Shown piece after piece: positions 30,111-44,817 of a stretch of DNA of 64,000 nt. Made by a program: the position numbers and the translations under genes. Source of the DNA: the human T2T-CHM13v2.0 reference genome, Homo sapiens; the NCBI RefSeq assembly GCF_009914755.1, contig NC_060930.1; one strand, given 5' to 3'. The notes beneath the pieces are model-generated. The model saw only the letters and a program-made list of their open reading frames with translations, was not told the origin of the DNA and made no database searches. Each line of letters starts with the position of its first letter. Position 1 is the stretch's first letter.

Positions 30111-31649
30111 TCCAGAGAAAAGTCAGAGGGCTCTATTATAAGAAAACTTGCTTAGAGTTAATTTGCCTTAAGTGATTGACAAAATCACTATAGAAGCATA
30201 AAAGCAGCAAAAATATTAACATTGATCCACAACATTTTGTGTAATCACTTGAAGGTAAAGGAAAGAGCAAGAATCATATAATGATCACATTTTGTCTCTG
30301 CTGATATGGCTCCAATTTGTATTTTCCCCTTCACTGTTCTAGTATGGGATGACCTTGACTTTCTAACACAAAAATATGAATTCTGTTGTCCTAAGTTAAT
30401 GCAGAAATGGAGACTCTTAATGTTTCCACTCTTCTCTTTTAACTTCTGCCTAATTATATAAACCCTGAATATAATTAAATGCTCAGAGAGGTTGCCATAA
30501 TCCTTTAAGGTAGTTAGCTACTCTCCGCAGAAAGTTCAGTTCTGTGTTTCTTTAGAAAAGTTGGACAAATTGCTCTCATGGACTAGTAAGCAGATTGTCG
30601 ATAGGACACTTGCTTTCTTATTCTAAGTGCTGTTTTTTGTCACTATGGGTAGGGGCAAGCCTGATGTTTCACATCTTAATTTTTACTTGGTTAGGAAAAT
30701 TATGTATTTCCCTTCACAGGTGACATGCTAAGGGCCATCACACCTACTATGTGGTGCACTTATAACAAATCTGAGGTCACGTTCCTGCATCACTTTTCCC
30801 CTGTAAGGCCATCAAAGGGGTCCAGGGTAAATAAGTCACACTTTTCATTTTTCCTTTTCATGTTATACTAAATTTGTTCCCATCCTTGGTTTTATTCTTG
30901 CATTATTTTAGAGAGTATTCTCTAAGTTCCATAAAAAGTCTGAAATTTAAAATGTGCCAAGCCATATGCATATTATAAAGAATTTGAGAATAATATATTC
31001 AACTGGTGTTTTCTTATCATTTCCTTTTCCCAATAGCTCTTCTCATCCATTATTCTCAAAGGAATTTTAATTTTCGTTTTTATGCAGATTTTTTCCATTA
31101 ACTTTGTTTTCTTTGGCTAGCTCATGGAAGAATTTGAATACTCAGTAAATGTTTTTGCAGAGTGAACATTTTGTTTATTGAAAGGAGATGAGTTGAAGTA
31201 GAATCTACAGGTCTAAAGCTCTAAGAGTTATAATCTTGGGCTTCCTTCAGAGTCATTCTGTTGTCAATATCAGAAGGAACCATTTACTTGAATAATTTAC
31301 CATCTATGCTCCCAAGTGAGTGTTTAAAATTGTCTCTATTTTCTTTAACTTTTTATTGTGGGCATTTTCATACACACAGAAAATTAAAGAGAATAGCATA
31401 GCAAGTCCTATATATCCATAACCGTGCTTCAACACTTAGCAACATTTTCTCAATTATTTTGAAACTTTCCACTACCCTCACTTTTTCCCCCTAGAGTGTT
31501 TTAAAGAGAATCCCAGACATCACATCATTTCACCTGCATGTAATTTTATTTGCATGGAGCCCTTGTTAAAGGTTAAGGATTGTATAAGAAAAATATTCAA
31601 ATGAATGTGACAAACACAAGTATCTCCCCTGGATATGCTCATGTGGTAC

Positions 31650-31830
31650 AGTATTGAGGAGCCCTGGGAAGTTTCTAGTTCCCTTGAGTTAGAAGTCCTG
31701 ACTCAGATATATGCTACCAGTGGGATTTTGGTCATGTACCTTGTGTTCTATGTCCTCAGTTCTCATCTCTAAAGTAGGAATTAAAAACTGTCCTTTAGCT
31801 CAGAGGCAAATACTGGCTTGTTATAAGGAT
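31650..31830 (+). mobile_element. MIR fragment
   Basis: cctcagttctcatctctaaagtaggaatta MIR core. Confidence 0.5.
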
Positions 31831-33383
31831 GAAATATATAAAGAATACAGGTTCACTTTAGAAACTTCAAATACAAAATATTAAGACACCTTTTATAGAG
31901 AATTGAGCATTGTAAACACCAAATAAATGTGTTAAATGGAAGAATGTGCATGTAAAAAACAAATTAAAGTTATTATCTGTACAAGGTTGTGTGGAAAGTA
32001 TAAAGTTGGATCACTTAAATATTTTGCTCAATTGACAGAATAGGCAGCCATTTGGAAATAGCAATTGTGTATATAGCCTATAAAATGTATGCCTTTAAGC
32101 CATTTGTTATTTTAATTTTTTGTCATTAAAACGACCATATAATTGACAGATTTTTTTACTTTGGTGCTTTAAAATGCTGTGTTTTGCACACTACTGCTTA
32201 TGTTAAATGTCAGATCTTTGCATCTAGTTTCTAACCTGTGTCTTTAGGGAACATTGCTGCCTAATGTGATCACAAAATGAATCTTCTTGCATGGATTCTG
32301 GTTGATCATAGATTGTCCATAGTGATCGCAGTGGTTGACTGTGGTCAATAAAGTTTTTTTCTCCCTAAATCTCTTAAAAGTAAGATTTTTTGACCTGGTT
32401 AGTTAAACTTAGTTCAATCAGACACGATGTCTCTTTGGAAGCTATGTTTTTTATGTGGCTGTCAGGTATGCAAAGATGAAAAAGCCATGGGCACCACTCT
32501 CTTAAGAGCTTGCACATCCTTCCATAGAGAAAAACACGCAAAAGAGATCCACTGCTGGACAGAATAAAACAAGTACTTTCATGGAGGTCCAAATAAATGA
32601 AGACAGAGAAAGGAGCAATTAAATCCAGAGGAAAAGAAGAGTGAGAAAGAAACAAAATGCTTAACTAGAGGGTTGCAATTTAACTCCAGAGCCTGAGAAA
32701 ATCAAATATAAGGTAATATATTTTCTTGCCCTGAGAGACCACTTAAAACAAAACAAAACAATTGTGTGAAACAAGTTTGAAGTCTAAAGAAAACAGCGTA
32801 GGTTTTTCTTTCTTTTTTTTTTTTAATCCACAATCTCAAAGGAAGGTTGATAATATGTGTGGTATTTGTAGTCAATAACAGAAAAAAAAATTAATAAGGT
32901 AAAAGAGGGTATAATGAGGAGTTTTTCTAAATGTACCATATAACATTGTAGGTTTAAATACTTTCCATGAAAAAAATAGCATCAAATTATAGTACGCTTT
33001 TTAGTCAAAGCACCTGCTCTCATGATTTGTATATGGTTTACTGAATTCACACAACTCAAAGAGCTTTTTCAGGCACCACGTGGTTGTTCTTGTTTCATTG
33101 CACTGCAATGCTCAGTTGTCTGTACAAACCATAAAAGGTTCACAACGTCTAATAAATGGAGCTGATGAGATTTTTAAGGGCTTCACTCTCGCCATCCTAG
33201 TGCTATGTAACAAAGTGTGTAAAATGTAAGAATTTGTTTTTTCTCTTTTAAGAAATGTTGGGGAACCTTTGAGTGTATCACAGCAGCACTGGGAGGATGC
33301 AGTGTGAAACTCAGTTGCTGGGAAGTAGAAGGTGAGGGATACATTGACACCCACCAATTTAAAGCCATGTACCTTATCCTTCC

Positions 33384-33672
33384 AACTTTTATTTCAGGTT
33401 CAGGGGGTACATGTGCAGGTTTGTTACATGGATAAATTATCTGTCCTGGAGTTTTGTGTACAAATTATTTCTTCACCCAGGTAATGAGCATAGTACCCAA
33501 TAAGTAGTTTTTCAGCCCTCACCCTTCTCCCACACTCCCACCTCAAGAAGACCCCAGTGTCTATTATTCCCTTCTTTGTGTTCATGTGTACTCAATGTTT
33601 AGTTCCCACTTATAAGTGAAGACCTGTGATATTTGGCTTTCTGTTCCTGTGTTAATTTGCTTAGGCTAATGG
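33384..33672 (-). mobile_element. L1PA16/17-like 3' end
   Basis: aacttttatttcaggttcagggggtacatgtgcaggtttgttacatgg... Confidence 0.8.
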
Positions 33673-34235
33673 TTAAACACAGAGTTACCATATGACAGCA
33701 TTTCTCCCCAAGCAAATGAATATCTCCCCAAGAAAAATGAAAACGTATGTCAACACAAAACATGTACGTGAATGTTTAAAGCAGCTATTCATAATAGCCA
33801 AAATGTAGAAACAACCAAAATAGCCATCAACGGATGGATAGACACACAGAATATCCTAACAGTGGGATACTATTCAGTCATATCTAGGAATGTATTGATA
33901 CATGCTACAACATGGATGGACTTTGAAAACATGCTAAGTGAAAGAAGGCAGTCACAAAAGACCACATATTACATAACTCCATTGATATAAATGTCCAGAT
34001 TAGGCAAATATAATAGAGACCGAAAGGAGATTGGTAGTTGACTGGAGTGAGGTGTGGGAGGAGGAGAAATAGAGAATGACTGCTAACGGCATGAGTGATG
34101 AAAAAGGCCTGGAAGTAGATAGTGGTGATGCTTGCACAACCTTGTGAATATACTAAAACCCACTGAAGTGTACACTATAAAATGGTGAACTACATGGTAT
34201 GTGAATTATAGCTCAATAAATCTGTTTAAAAAATA
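33673..34235 (+). mobile_element. L1MB7/8-like 3' end
   Basis: gagttaccatatgac...gatagtggtgatgcttgcacaaccttgtgaatatactaaaa...ctcaataaa. Confidence 0.75.
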
Positions 34236-35749
34236 ATAAATGGGAAATGAGAAGGAAAGAAAGAAAAGTAAAGGCAGATGCTTTTTGCTTTTGCCCTGAG
34301 GAAAGCACACTGGCTGGCTCTAGTGGGAGAAGGGGCCTCTTCTGTCCCTCATCCAGACACTCACCTTAGTTCAATCTTCTTTGTCTTTGGAGAAGCCCTG
34401 GGTCTGGCTGAGGACAGCAGTTCACAGAATTCCCTCTACAGTTCCCTCTACAGGCTGGCTGGCCACTAAGTAAATGGAGGGGTGTGTGTGTACAGGCCTG
34501 TGTCTAGTGTTTCCTTGGCCACACATCCTTTTGGACTCACCCTCATCTTTCCTGAACTCCAGTATAGCACTAATGTGACACACAGTGCCCATCTCTTTTC
34601 CCAGCTGTCTGCATGGCTCCTTCTCCAAGAGTGAAGGGGGGAGCATGCTTATTATACAGATAGAGTCGATTGATTTCCATTCAGTGTGAGTCATGTTCAC
34701 TTTAATTGGTACATAATCAATGTCCATTCTACTAAGACAGTCAGTATGCTCTTTTGATGAATTGCTTTTAACTTTTCTCTGGCAGTTTGTGGATAGATTC
34801 TCAAAGGTGATATTACCTTGTTCATCTAAAACTGGAAATTCTAGATTTATAGCCACATGGCAATGTTCTGACATCATTTGAAGAAATATAATACTAACGT
34901 TTGAAATTCTCTATGCCAGTTTCTGTATTTCTCTAATTAAAGACAGTAATATGTAGAAAGATACTAATAAAACACAGAGTCAGGGGAAATGACCATTCAA
35001 TTGATAAGTGAGTTTGTATCTAAGGTTGAATTATAGTGGTTAGAATTGAATTACGAAGAGAAGATTTAAGAGTGGGTTTTAAGGCGCCATTTGTAGTTGA
35101 GACAAATGTTTTCCACTACAATTTTATTTAAGAATTAAATTTTTCATTCAGTAGCATAATCACAAAAACAAACCAATTTATCAGGATAGTGTGAAAAATA
35201 TTAGTCAAACACTGATGGCTTACAAAGATATTTTTTTCTCCCACTTTTGTTTTAAACAACTGAATAGAAGTAAGTAAACTTATTGTTAATTATTTGTCTG
35301 GGAAACATTTGTAACTTACATAGATTCTATCTACAATCAATTTTATTATCTGATTAGAGGATTTTAAATTTCAAAGAAATATTAAAATTATCTAACTTAA
35401 CAGCACAGCAAGTAAGAAAGATGTAACTAATATCAGGTCTCTTGAATCCCACAATTTCCACTATGTAATTTATAAGGCTATTTATTACATGTTTTAAATT
35501 AATCCTTTTGTAATATTTTACTTGATACATTGAGCTTTTGCATTTCTTTAGAAACCTGCTATATTCTCTAAACAAGAAAGCCAAATGCTGTTATATGTTA
35601 ATTCAACATATATTTATCACATTACTACAAGACAAACCCCTAGCTTTACAGAATTTATGCACACTAGGGAGCAAGACCAAAAAGAAAAGAAAAGAAAAAA
35701 TGCATTATATGCCTGTATCAAAGTATCTTATGAAAAAGAAAAGAGAAAA

Positions 35750-37450
35750 GCAGGCACTTACAGTGGAGCATGATAGATGATAAAATATAAAGATCATCAT
35801 ATAGCATTTTGATTGCAAAGAAAGGGCACAGATCAAACTTTGGATGTGGTGGGTGCCATATAATGGGGTTAATTTTAACTTGAGTTCTAAATGATTAGTT
35901 GTTACCATAGTGAAGAAGGATGGAAATATGTTCCAGAATTAGTGAAGGAAGTGTGGAACAGAGTATACAAAGGCTCAGAAGCAAACTGTGCAGTACTTTT
36001 GTTTCCATGGGGTGCTAGAAGACTGATTTTGCTGAAGCTGAGTTTGTTAAAGCTGGGTGAATACTAAGATATATGAATAGAGAAGTAAGCAGGGGTCAGA
36101 TAATACTTGGACTTAAAACTGAGGGAAATAGAGATCTGTTGAAGGGTATTAAGTAGAATGTACAAAATTCACTCTGATTTGGAGGGCAGGGACAGACACC
36201 CCTGTGGCCAGGGTGATTATTTTACTATGTGATGTTCTTGCTTAAAATCATACAATGGCTCCCATTCTCCCTAGGACAGAATGTAATATCCTGATAAAGT
36301 TTACAGGAATCTGCCTTGGTTTCTTCCACTCTGATGACAACAGCTACACTGGAACAGACTGTTTCATTCTAAGAAGACTGGCCTCCAGAACATTGAAAAT
36401 GCTGTTTCTGACCTGGGACACTTCTCCTTTTCCTTTTTGTCTGGCCAACTCCTCCACATACTTTAGATTTCAGCGCAGATGTTGCTTCCTCCAGGAAGCC
36501 TTCCTTGAAATAACCTACTCTAAGCTGGTTTTTATCTACTCTGTGTCTTTGAGATTCTCTGTACCATCACTATTATACCATCGTCATCCTATAGTATGAT
36601 TGCATTAAAATGTTTGTGTTCTTAAAAAAATTGAACACGAATAAGATATGTGTATGTGTGTATAATATAGGAAATAAGAATAACCACACCAGCACTAATG
36701 AAAGCAGAAGTTATGATTGCAAATTTACTTGTTTCTCTCCCCAGTGGTTATAAACTATGCTCAGTAAATGTTTGTTGAATAAATGAATTGGGATGGTATA
36801 AAACTGAGGCAGTGAGTTCAACAGGAAGCAGTTACAGATATTTGTAGGAACTGACCAAGGGAATGGCAGTGGAGTTGGATAGAAGTGGATGGGGTCTCAA
36901 GCTATGAAGGAGATAAAGGGGAAGAATCGACTGGACACAGATATCAGTTGTAAGGGATTATGGCAGAATGTTGGTTGACCTTCAGGTTTCTGGCTTGCAC
37001 AATGGATTGGTGATGGTATTAGGCACTGAAATGGGGACCTCAGAGGCCAAGTACTTATGGAGGGTCAAGATGAAGACTTTGGCTCTATGTGTCTTGCATT
37101 TTGGGGCCTGTAGGATATACAAGTAGAACTGTGCTCAAGACTGTGGCAGGTGGGTCTGGAGCTTCACAGGATAATTTGGCTAGAAATGTGTGAGTTATTG
37201 GCATAGGAATGTCAGGGGAAGTATAATAGAGTGGTAGAAAAGAGCTGAGGTGGCAACCCTACTGAACAAAGCATTAGGATTGGGAGAAGAAGAATAATGA
37301 AACTACAAAGGTGCAATGAGGTAATAATAACAGTTAACATTTATTGTGGGTTTACTATGTCCTACAGACACTTAAACCCACAATAAATCCAGGCAAGTCC
37401 TGTGTCATTTAATCAATCTGACAATACAATGAAGTCTATTACATCCCTAT
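35750..37450. mobile_element. Cluster of degenerate L2 fragments (both orientations) and MIR
   Basis: L2 3' end ctcagtaaatgtttgttgaataaatgaa (~36760) and L2 ORF2-like purine-rich stretches. Confidence 0.5.
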
Positions 37451-40126
37451 TTCTCACTTTCTCTTTCATATTTTATAGCTTTCAAATTAATATATTCACA
37501 TACAACATTCAAAATGATATAAATATATAATTTAGAAGATAAATATCCTATGTAATCCACTCTATAAAACAACTTTTGGTAAAGCATAGTGCATATTTCT
37601 TTAATTTTGCCTACTCTGAACATTTATATTGCTATCAACAATTCTTTTTTTTTTAATGTGTTATTTTGGGCAACTTACTTTTTCCAAATGATCATAACTG
37701 ATTTCCTTTATACTTTAAAATAGTTGCCTGGAATTCCCCTGTATGGATACAATAAGCAATCTGCTGCAATGAGTAATATTTACAGTGAAGAAAGTTAGGC
37801 TTATAGGGAAAATTAGGTTTAGAGTAAAATTGTAAAGAGAAAGTGGCTAATTGGTGAAAACTGGACTCAGAAAAGCCAAGTAAATATCATATTGTGGAAG
37901 CCTAAAGATGACAAGATAATGTGACAAGAAAGATGGGAAGATTAACAGTGCAAATGCTCAGCGATTAAGTAAGATTTAGCAAGAATTTGTTAGTGACAAC
38001 TACTAATGCATGGCTTCAATGTTAACGGAGTGAGTCAGAGGACACAGCTGAGGATGAATGGAGGGTGGCTAAGAGGAGATGTTACTTTAAACAGCTTTTT
38101 CAAAATGTTGAAGAGGAGACGAAGAAAGAGGATGGTAGTTAGAGAGGTTTATGGGGTTGAAGAAGCCTACAATCAATACCATTTTTTACAGATGATAGAT
38201 TTTGAAAATCTAAAGCCATTTCAATAGCTCATCAAAACATCTTCCTTTGATTTGTAATTAAATAACTATAAAAGCATCAGAGAAGAGGGGCGATCACATT
38301 CCTAAAGATAAAAATTTATACTAAATAAATGTTAGCACGTAATTTGGCCTGTATATAAGGTCACCATAGTATATGTATGAATGAAGTAGCTATGATTTTT
38401 CATCTTTCTTAAAAGCTTACTATGAAACATTTAAGATAGAAACAGATACAAAGAGTATTACAAGAAAATCTTTATACTCACCCTACATCCTAAAATATAA
38501 AATAGTGCCAGATCATTTAAACCCTCATGGGATAACTCTTTTATCTTATCCCTCTGTCTTTACCTGAATAGTTACAAATATTATGAATTTAGCGAATCCT
38601 CTGCAAGAGGTCAGTTTTTTTTTCTAAGAATATATTCTCATTTTGTCATTTTCATGGAGGTAGGATGACAGCTAATAAAAATTAGTATAATGTTGTTCTA
38701 CTATTTGACAGTATAAAAATCTCAATTTTGAAACAGTTCAAAAATATATTTTATACAAGTAGTAAAATGAACTTTAGAGGGTGGCTTAAGCCATAACAAC
38801 TAAGTGAATTTTTATGTCAACCGGACAGTCTGGGCATTAATGTGAAAGACAAAGCTTATGATTTAAGCTAAAATATTTGCTTTGTCTGATGCTCCTAATT
38901 TCGTATCATTTCCTTATTCTCATGGTATCTAATATAACATTTTATGCTCAAAATGACATTTTCCAGGGTAAGTCTCTCAGGCTGAAGCAATTCCTTCTGA
39001 ACTATGCTATTCATCTATTGGAAGGGACATGTCGAGTCTCACAGCAAAGTTAGGGCAGTGGACCAGGGATGTGAGATGGAGGGAGGCTAAGACAGGACAT
39101 TATTCCAGACATATCAGTAGATATTTAAGTTCATTGCTCTTCCACAAAGTACTCCTTGTCCATCCAGTGATTTAAATCCAGGTCACATTGAGATCACTCT
39201 GCCACCAGAGTACAGCTAACTATTTCCTGTAAGAGCGGAGTGTTCAGTTGTGCATAGAGATGTCAGTAGTTTTGAGTGTTCAAAGAGAAATAGTACAATT
39301 TTATGTAAAGAAAGAGGAACTTTTTTTTACCAGATTACTTTTACTTTCTCTTTGTTTTTTAAAAAAATTCTCAATTATACCTTGATTTATTGATCATTTT
39401 AAAAACAAATATAGCTCTCGATGCTGTAAGACACCCATTTATTTTCTTTGGAGAAATACAATTTTTAGTCTCATAACTATAACAAATCAAATCGATAGAC
39501 ACTTAGAGTCATATCTTTTGAAACAAGTTTGTGTCCAGTACCGGAGAGTCAATGATGAACAAGGTTCTATTCTTTTCTTGAAGAAGCTGAAGGATCTTGT
39601 GGATGCAAGACAGACATAGTTGTGCCTGCTGTTTTTAGTTCATTTAAGCCACAGGATATCTCAAAGGCTGGAATTATACTCAAAGACACATGTAACTCAA
39701 ACGTCCACGAAATTTCTCTGAACTTCCAATTCTTCACCTCCTTGGTTCCCTTTCATGAGACAGGGGAATGTCTTAGAGTCTCTGCCCTACTTCCAAAAGT
39801 AGTTAGGGCAATCACATAAGATGGGTCAGATAAGTCAAATGACTGCTTCCCAGCCTGCAGGCATCCTTATTGAGCTCCTATGCAAAGTCCCTCTGGAGTC
39901 CACTCCTTATATTCCACCCACTACCACTATCCCATAGTCTAGCAGGCTACTCTCCTGCAGACATTTGATCATCTGACCTGGCAGGTGCAGTGCCATCACC
40001 ATGAGGATGATGTTGCTAACCAGCTCCTTCCTGCTTCCATTTCTAGTATTGATAAAAGAGGCCCTGTCTTTTACTGTTAAATGTTACTCTTCTTTCTTCC
40101 CCTCTGTAGCCAACTGACTTTTCAAC

Positions 40127-40304
40127 CAGGGTTGCTGGAGAAAAGATACGATGTCTAATTAGATTTAAGTTTAACTTTAAATTTTTAAATTATGTCTCTA
40201 ATATTGCATAGTCCATACTTATTTTGAAAATTTTTGTTTGTTGTTTATCTAAAATTCAAATTTATCTGAGCATCTTCTTTTTCCTGCGTAAATCCTCCAA
40301 CATG
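40127..40304. mobile_element. MER53-like palindromic hAT MITE
   Basis: cagggttgc terminus and the internal catacttat...gttgtttatctaaaattcaaattta motif typical of MER53. Confidence 0.65.
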
Positions 40305-41547
40305 GCATTCAATAGCCCAGAGCCCAAGTGACCACTAAGCTTTTGGTCATGGGATGTTAGTCCAGCTCTATCAAGTTTACAGCTCCCTGTGCTGGGAAGC
40401 CACACCAAATCTTGAACTGTAACTCTGGGGCTGTGAGCATGGAGGAATGGATGGCACTGGGAGAATGGATATGCTGATTGTAGGAGACAGTGAGTGGATC
40501 ACTTTGCATGAAGTAGGCAGTATTTTGAAGATTTGGGTTGAAAATTTTTTCTATAAGTTGTTTTATAGTTAAGAAATTATTGCAGCCTTATTAAGTCAAT
40601 TATTCTTTGACTAATTTTGAAATCATGATGCCAGTATTTTATTTCTTCTATTTGACAATAAATATATAACAAACTCTTTTGCTATTCCCTTGTACTGCCT
40701 TTCAGCAAACTTGAAGCTATCTTTAGTGTCCTGTTTTGTAGCTTTTAGAGGATTACAAGATCAGAAGAAAGAAGTAAGATATGATTTTCAGGGATTATTA
40801 TTCTAGCAATAGATAATTTGAAAGGACTAGATGCAGAAAATTGCTACTAACAGTTTAATGATTTAATATTCTTATTATGTTTTGTCTCATTGTGAGAGTT
40901 GCTTATATCTTTTTCAGAGTGACTCGATAGGCATATGCTACAAAGTTGCTGAGTTGTAGGAAAGTATTTATAGTGAAGATGCCTCTTAATTTTTGCAACC
41001 AAGCAGTATGAAAATGGACCGCTCACAGTTTGACCAAGCTGCTGGCCGCTTTTACAGGGCAGAGTATCCTGGTCAGTATATTATGAGTGGTTTTCACTCT
41101 GGTGGTCAACAACAAATGATCCATAGTTTCTTCAAACGTGGAGATAAACATACATAATTCAGAGGGTGGAAAACAAAGTCCTATTCTGGCCTATCCATTG
41201 CATATTCTTAAATTACAGTTTTGGTGAACTGAGGAACAATGTTTGTTGGATAAAGAAGGAAGGATGGAGCCCTAAAATTTCTCTAAGATGCTGCTAGGCT
41301 TCAGGTGTTTATATGGTGGGGATTGCATTCTTAGGTCACAGAATTAGAGGAGAGACCTGCTGTCAACCATGATTCTAGTAGCAGTAGATTCTGGGACCTG
41401 GCTGCATGTTCAGGTAGACAGGGTGCAGCCTCCAGTCCCCATCAGGGTGGAAGAACATTCTGAAGTCGGTGGGTTTGTGGTTAGCTTCTGGAAAAATTGT
41501 CTATTAATAATGGGTGCCTAATTTCAGATACAAGGCAATGTTCCAGC

Positions 41548-42551
<1,004 letters not shown>

Positions 42552-42811
42552 CAGTCACAGGGAGAGCAACCAGAAGGAGCAAATCAGAATAACAGGTGGC
42601 TAGCCAGTGTGTAAGGGTCTGGGGCATGCTTCACAGCTCAGTCCTGTGGATTGAGTCCACCTGTGGGTCAGATATAAGGAAGTTTTCAGGTGCTGTTGGG
42701 GGAGGTCAGTGTGAGTGCACAACTTGAGCATCCAGAAACTGGAATGATCCCCAAAATCTCAGGTTTGAAGAATGAGAGAGGAGTAGCTTCGGCAGAAGGT
42801 TTTATGTAATG

Positions 42812-42960
42812 TCAAGAGTTGCAAACTGGTAGCCAAGCAGATGGTTTGGTTGCCTGTGCAGTATGAAAAGAAATCAGAACATGTGGAGGCTGAGCATGTT
42901 CTCTAGTTTGCCACAATTACCATCAGTTCTTGTGGCCTCACATAGGCAGCTTCATATATT
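42812..42960. mobile_element. Possible MER102-like hAT fragment
   Basis: caagagttgcaaactggtagcc terminus and ctagtttgccaca motif. Confidence 0.4.
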
Positions 42961-44016
42961 CAGATGCCCTGCTGGGCCCTTAATGACACTGGGGACCTTT
43001 GGTTTACACATCACTTTTGTTTTGGTTGATCTGGAAAGCAAAGAAGGACCAGAATCTTCTAATGCAGCCAACACTGAATTCAGCTATGCAAACCTGGGTC
43101 AGTCAGAGGCAGAGAAAGTAAAGTTGCTGCTGACACTGCTAAAGGAAAAACTGTCATCGAAAGTACTGTTATCAAAGGCATCTAATTATTCAGACACAGA
43201 AACTAGCTAAGCTTCAATTCAATTGATGAAGCCAAGGCCAGTAGCTCTTAATTACAAGGAGCTGACACACACACTTTGTGAATGATCAATTGTGGTGTAT
43301 TGCATATAATGTGTTGCCACTAGGACTTGAAGGACTGAAGTTTGAAAATTATTGACCTTTACACATAAAATCGACAGTAAAATTCCTGGTTATATTCTTA
43401 TAACTCATTCTCTTTTTTCTGATATACTTCTTTGAGTGGAAAAATACTGGACAAGGCAAGCTTTCCAGGGATTAAACAAAACCTAAAGGCCTATTTTTCT
43501 CTGTGGGTTCATGGATGATGTCCTCACATGTGTTGATATGCTAAACATGTTGAGAAAACATAGTTTGAGTGGCTAAGAAAAACGGAGCTGCTCCTGAAGG
43601 GATGCTAAAGGATACCATTTTGGTATAACATTGATTTGAAAAGCCACGGTATCACTGGTAGTGGCTGGTCGCTATCCTGACCGGTTCTGTTTGAATTTAT
43701 AGATATGTCCCCATCTTAAACTAGAAAACATGACTATAGCAATAAAATCCTAAAAATAAGCTTTTGGGAAATAAGCATCTATTAGATAATTTACCTGCAG
43801 TATATTCTACAGCAGTGAGCTGAAAATGAAGCAGAGGGGAAAGTTGCCTAGTACAAAGCCTGCATCATAACTGGTTCTCAACAAATATTTTGTGAAACAA
43901 TAAACACATTAGTAAGGGACTGAAACTCCATTTGTATGTTAAAACAACATCTTTTTCAAATTTCATGTGAGGATTAACCCATAACTTATTTGAGTGATTT
44001 TTAAAGTGGCCTTTAA

Positions 44017-44817
44017 CATATGGCAGCCAAAAAACGTATGAAGAAATGTTCAACATCACTAATCATCAGAGAAATGCAAATCAAAACTGCAATGAGATAC
44101 CGTCTTACACAAGTCAGAATGACTTCTATTAAAAAATCAAAAAACTTAAGAGGCTGGCCAGGCTGTGGAGAAAAGAGAACATTTATACACTGTTGACGGG
44201 AATGTAAATTAGTAGAGCCACCATAAAAAGCAGCTTGGAGATTTCTCAAAGAACTTAGAACTATGATTTGATCCAGTAATCCCTTTACTGGGTATAAGCC
44301 CAAAAGAAAACAAATTGTTCTATCAAAAAGACCACGCATGTTCACCACAGCACTATTCACATTAGCAAAGACGTGGAATCAACCTAGGTGCCCATCAACA
44401 GTTAACTGGATAACAAAAATGTGGTGCATATACACCATGGAAGACTACACAGTCATAAAAAAGGACAAAATCATGTCCTTTGCAGCAACACGGATGCAGC
44501 TGAAAACCATTATCCCAAGCAAACTAATGCAGGAACAGAAAACCAAATACCGCCTGGTTCTCACTGATAAGTAGGAGCTAAATATTGAGTACTCATGGAC
44601 ATAAAGATGGAAACAATAGACACTGGGAACTACTAGACGGGGAGGAAAGAAGCGGGGAAAGGGTTGTAAAACAAACTATTGGGTACTATGTTCACAACCT
44701 GGGTGACTGGTCATTCATACCCCAGACCTGGGCATCACACAATACACTCATGTAACAAACCTACACATGTACTCCTTGAATCTAAAATAAAAGTTGAAAT
44801 TATAAAATAAAATAAAA
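44017..44817 (+). mobile_element. L1PB4-like 5'-truncated LINE-1
   Basis: ORF2 C-terminus (AKTWNQPRCPS), L1PB4-type 3' UTR, A-rich tail and degenerate aaagtgg...tttaa flanks. Confidence 0.8.

Noticed and set aside
42863-43210. 115-aa ORF as a possible processed pseudogene
   Set aside because: Its 5' part overlaps a probable hAT relic. I see no recognisable homology, poly(A) tail or TSD.
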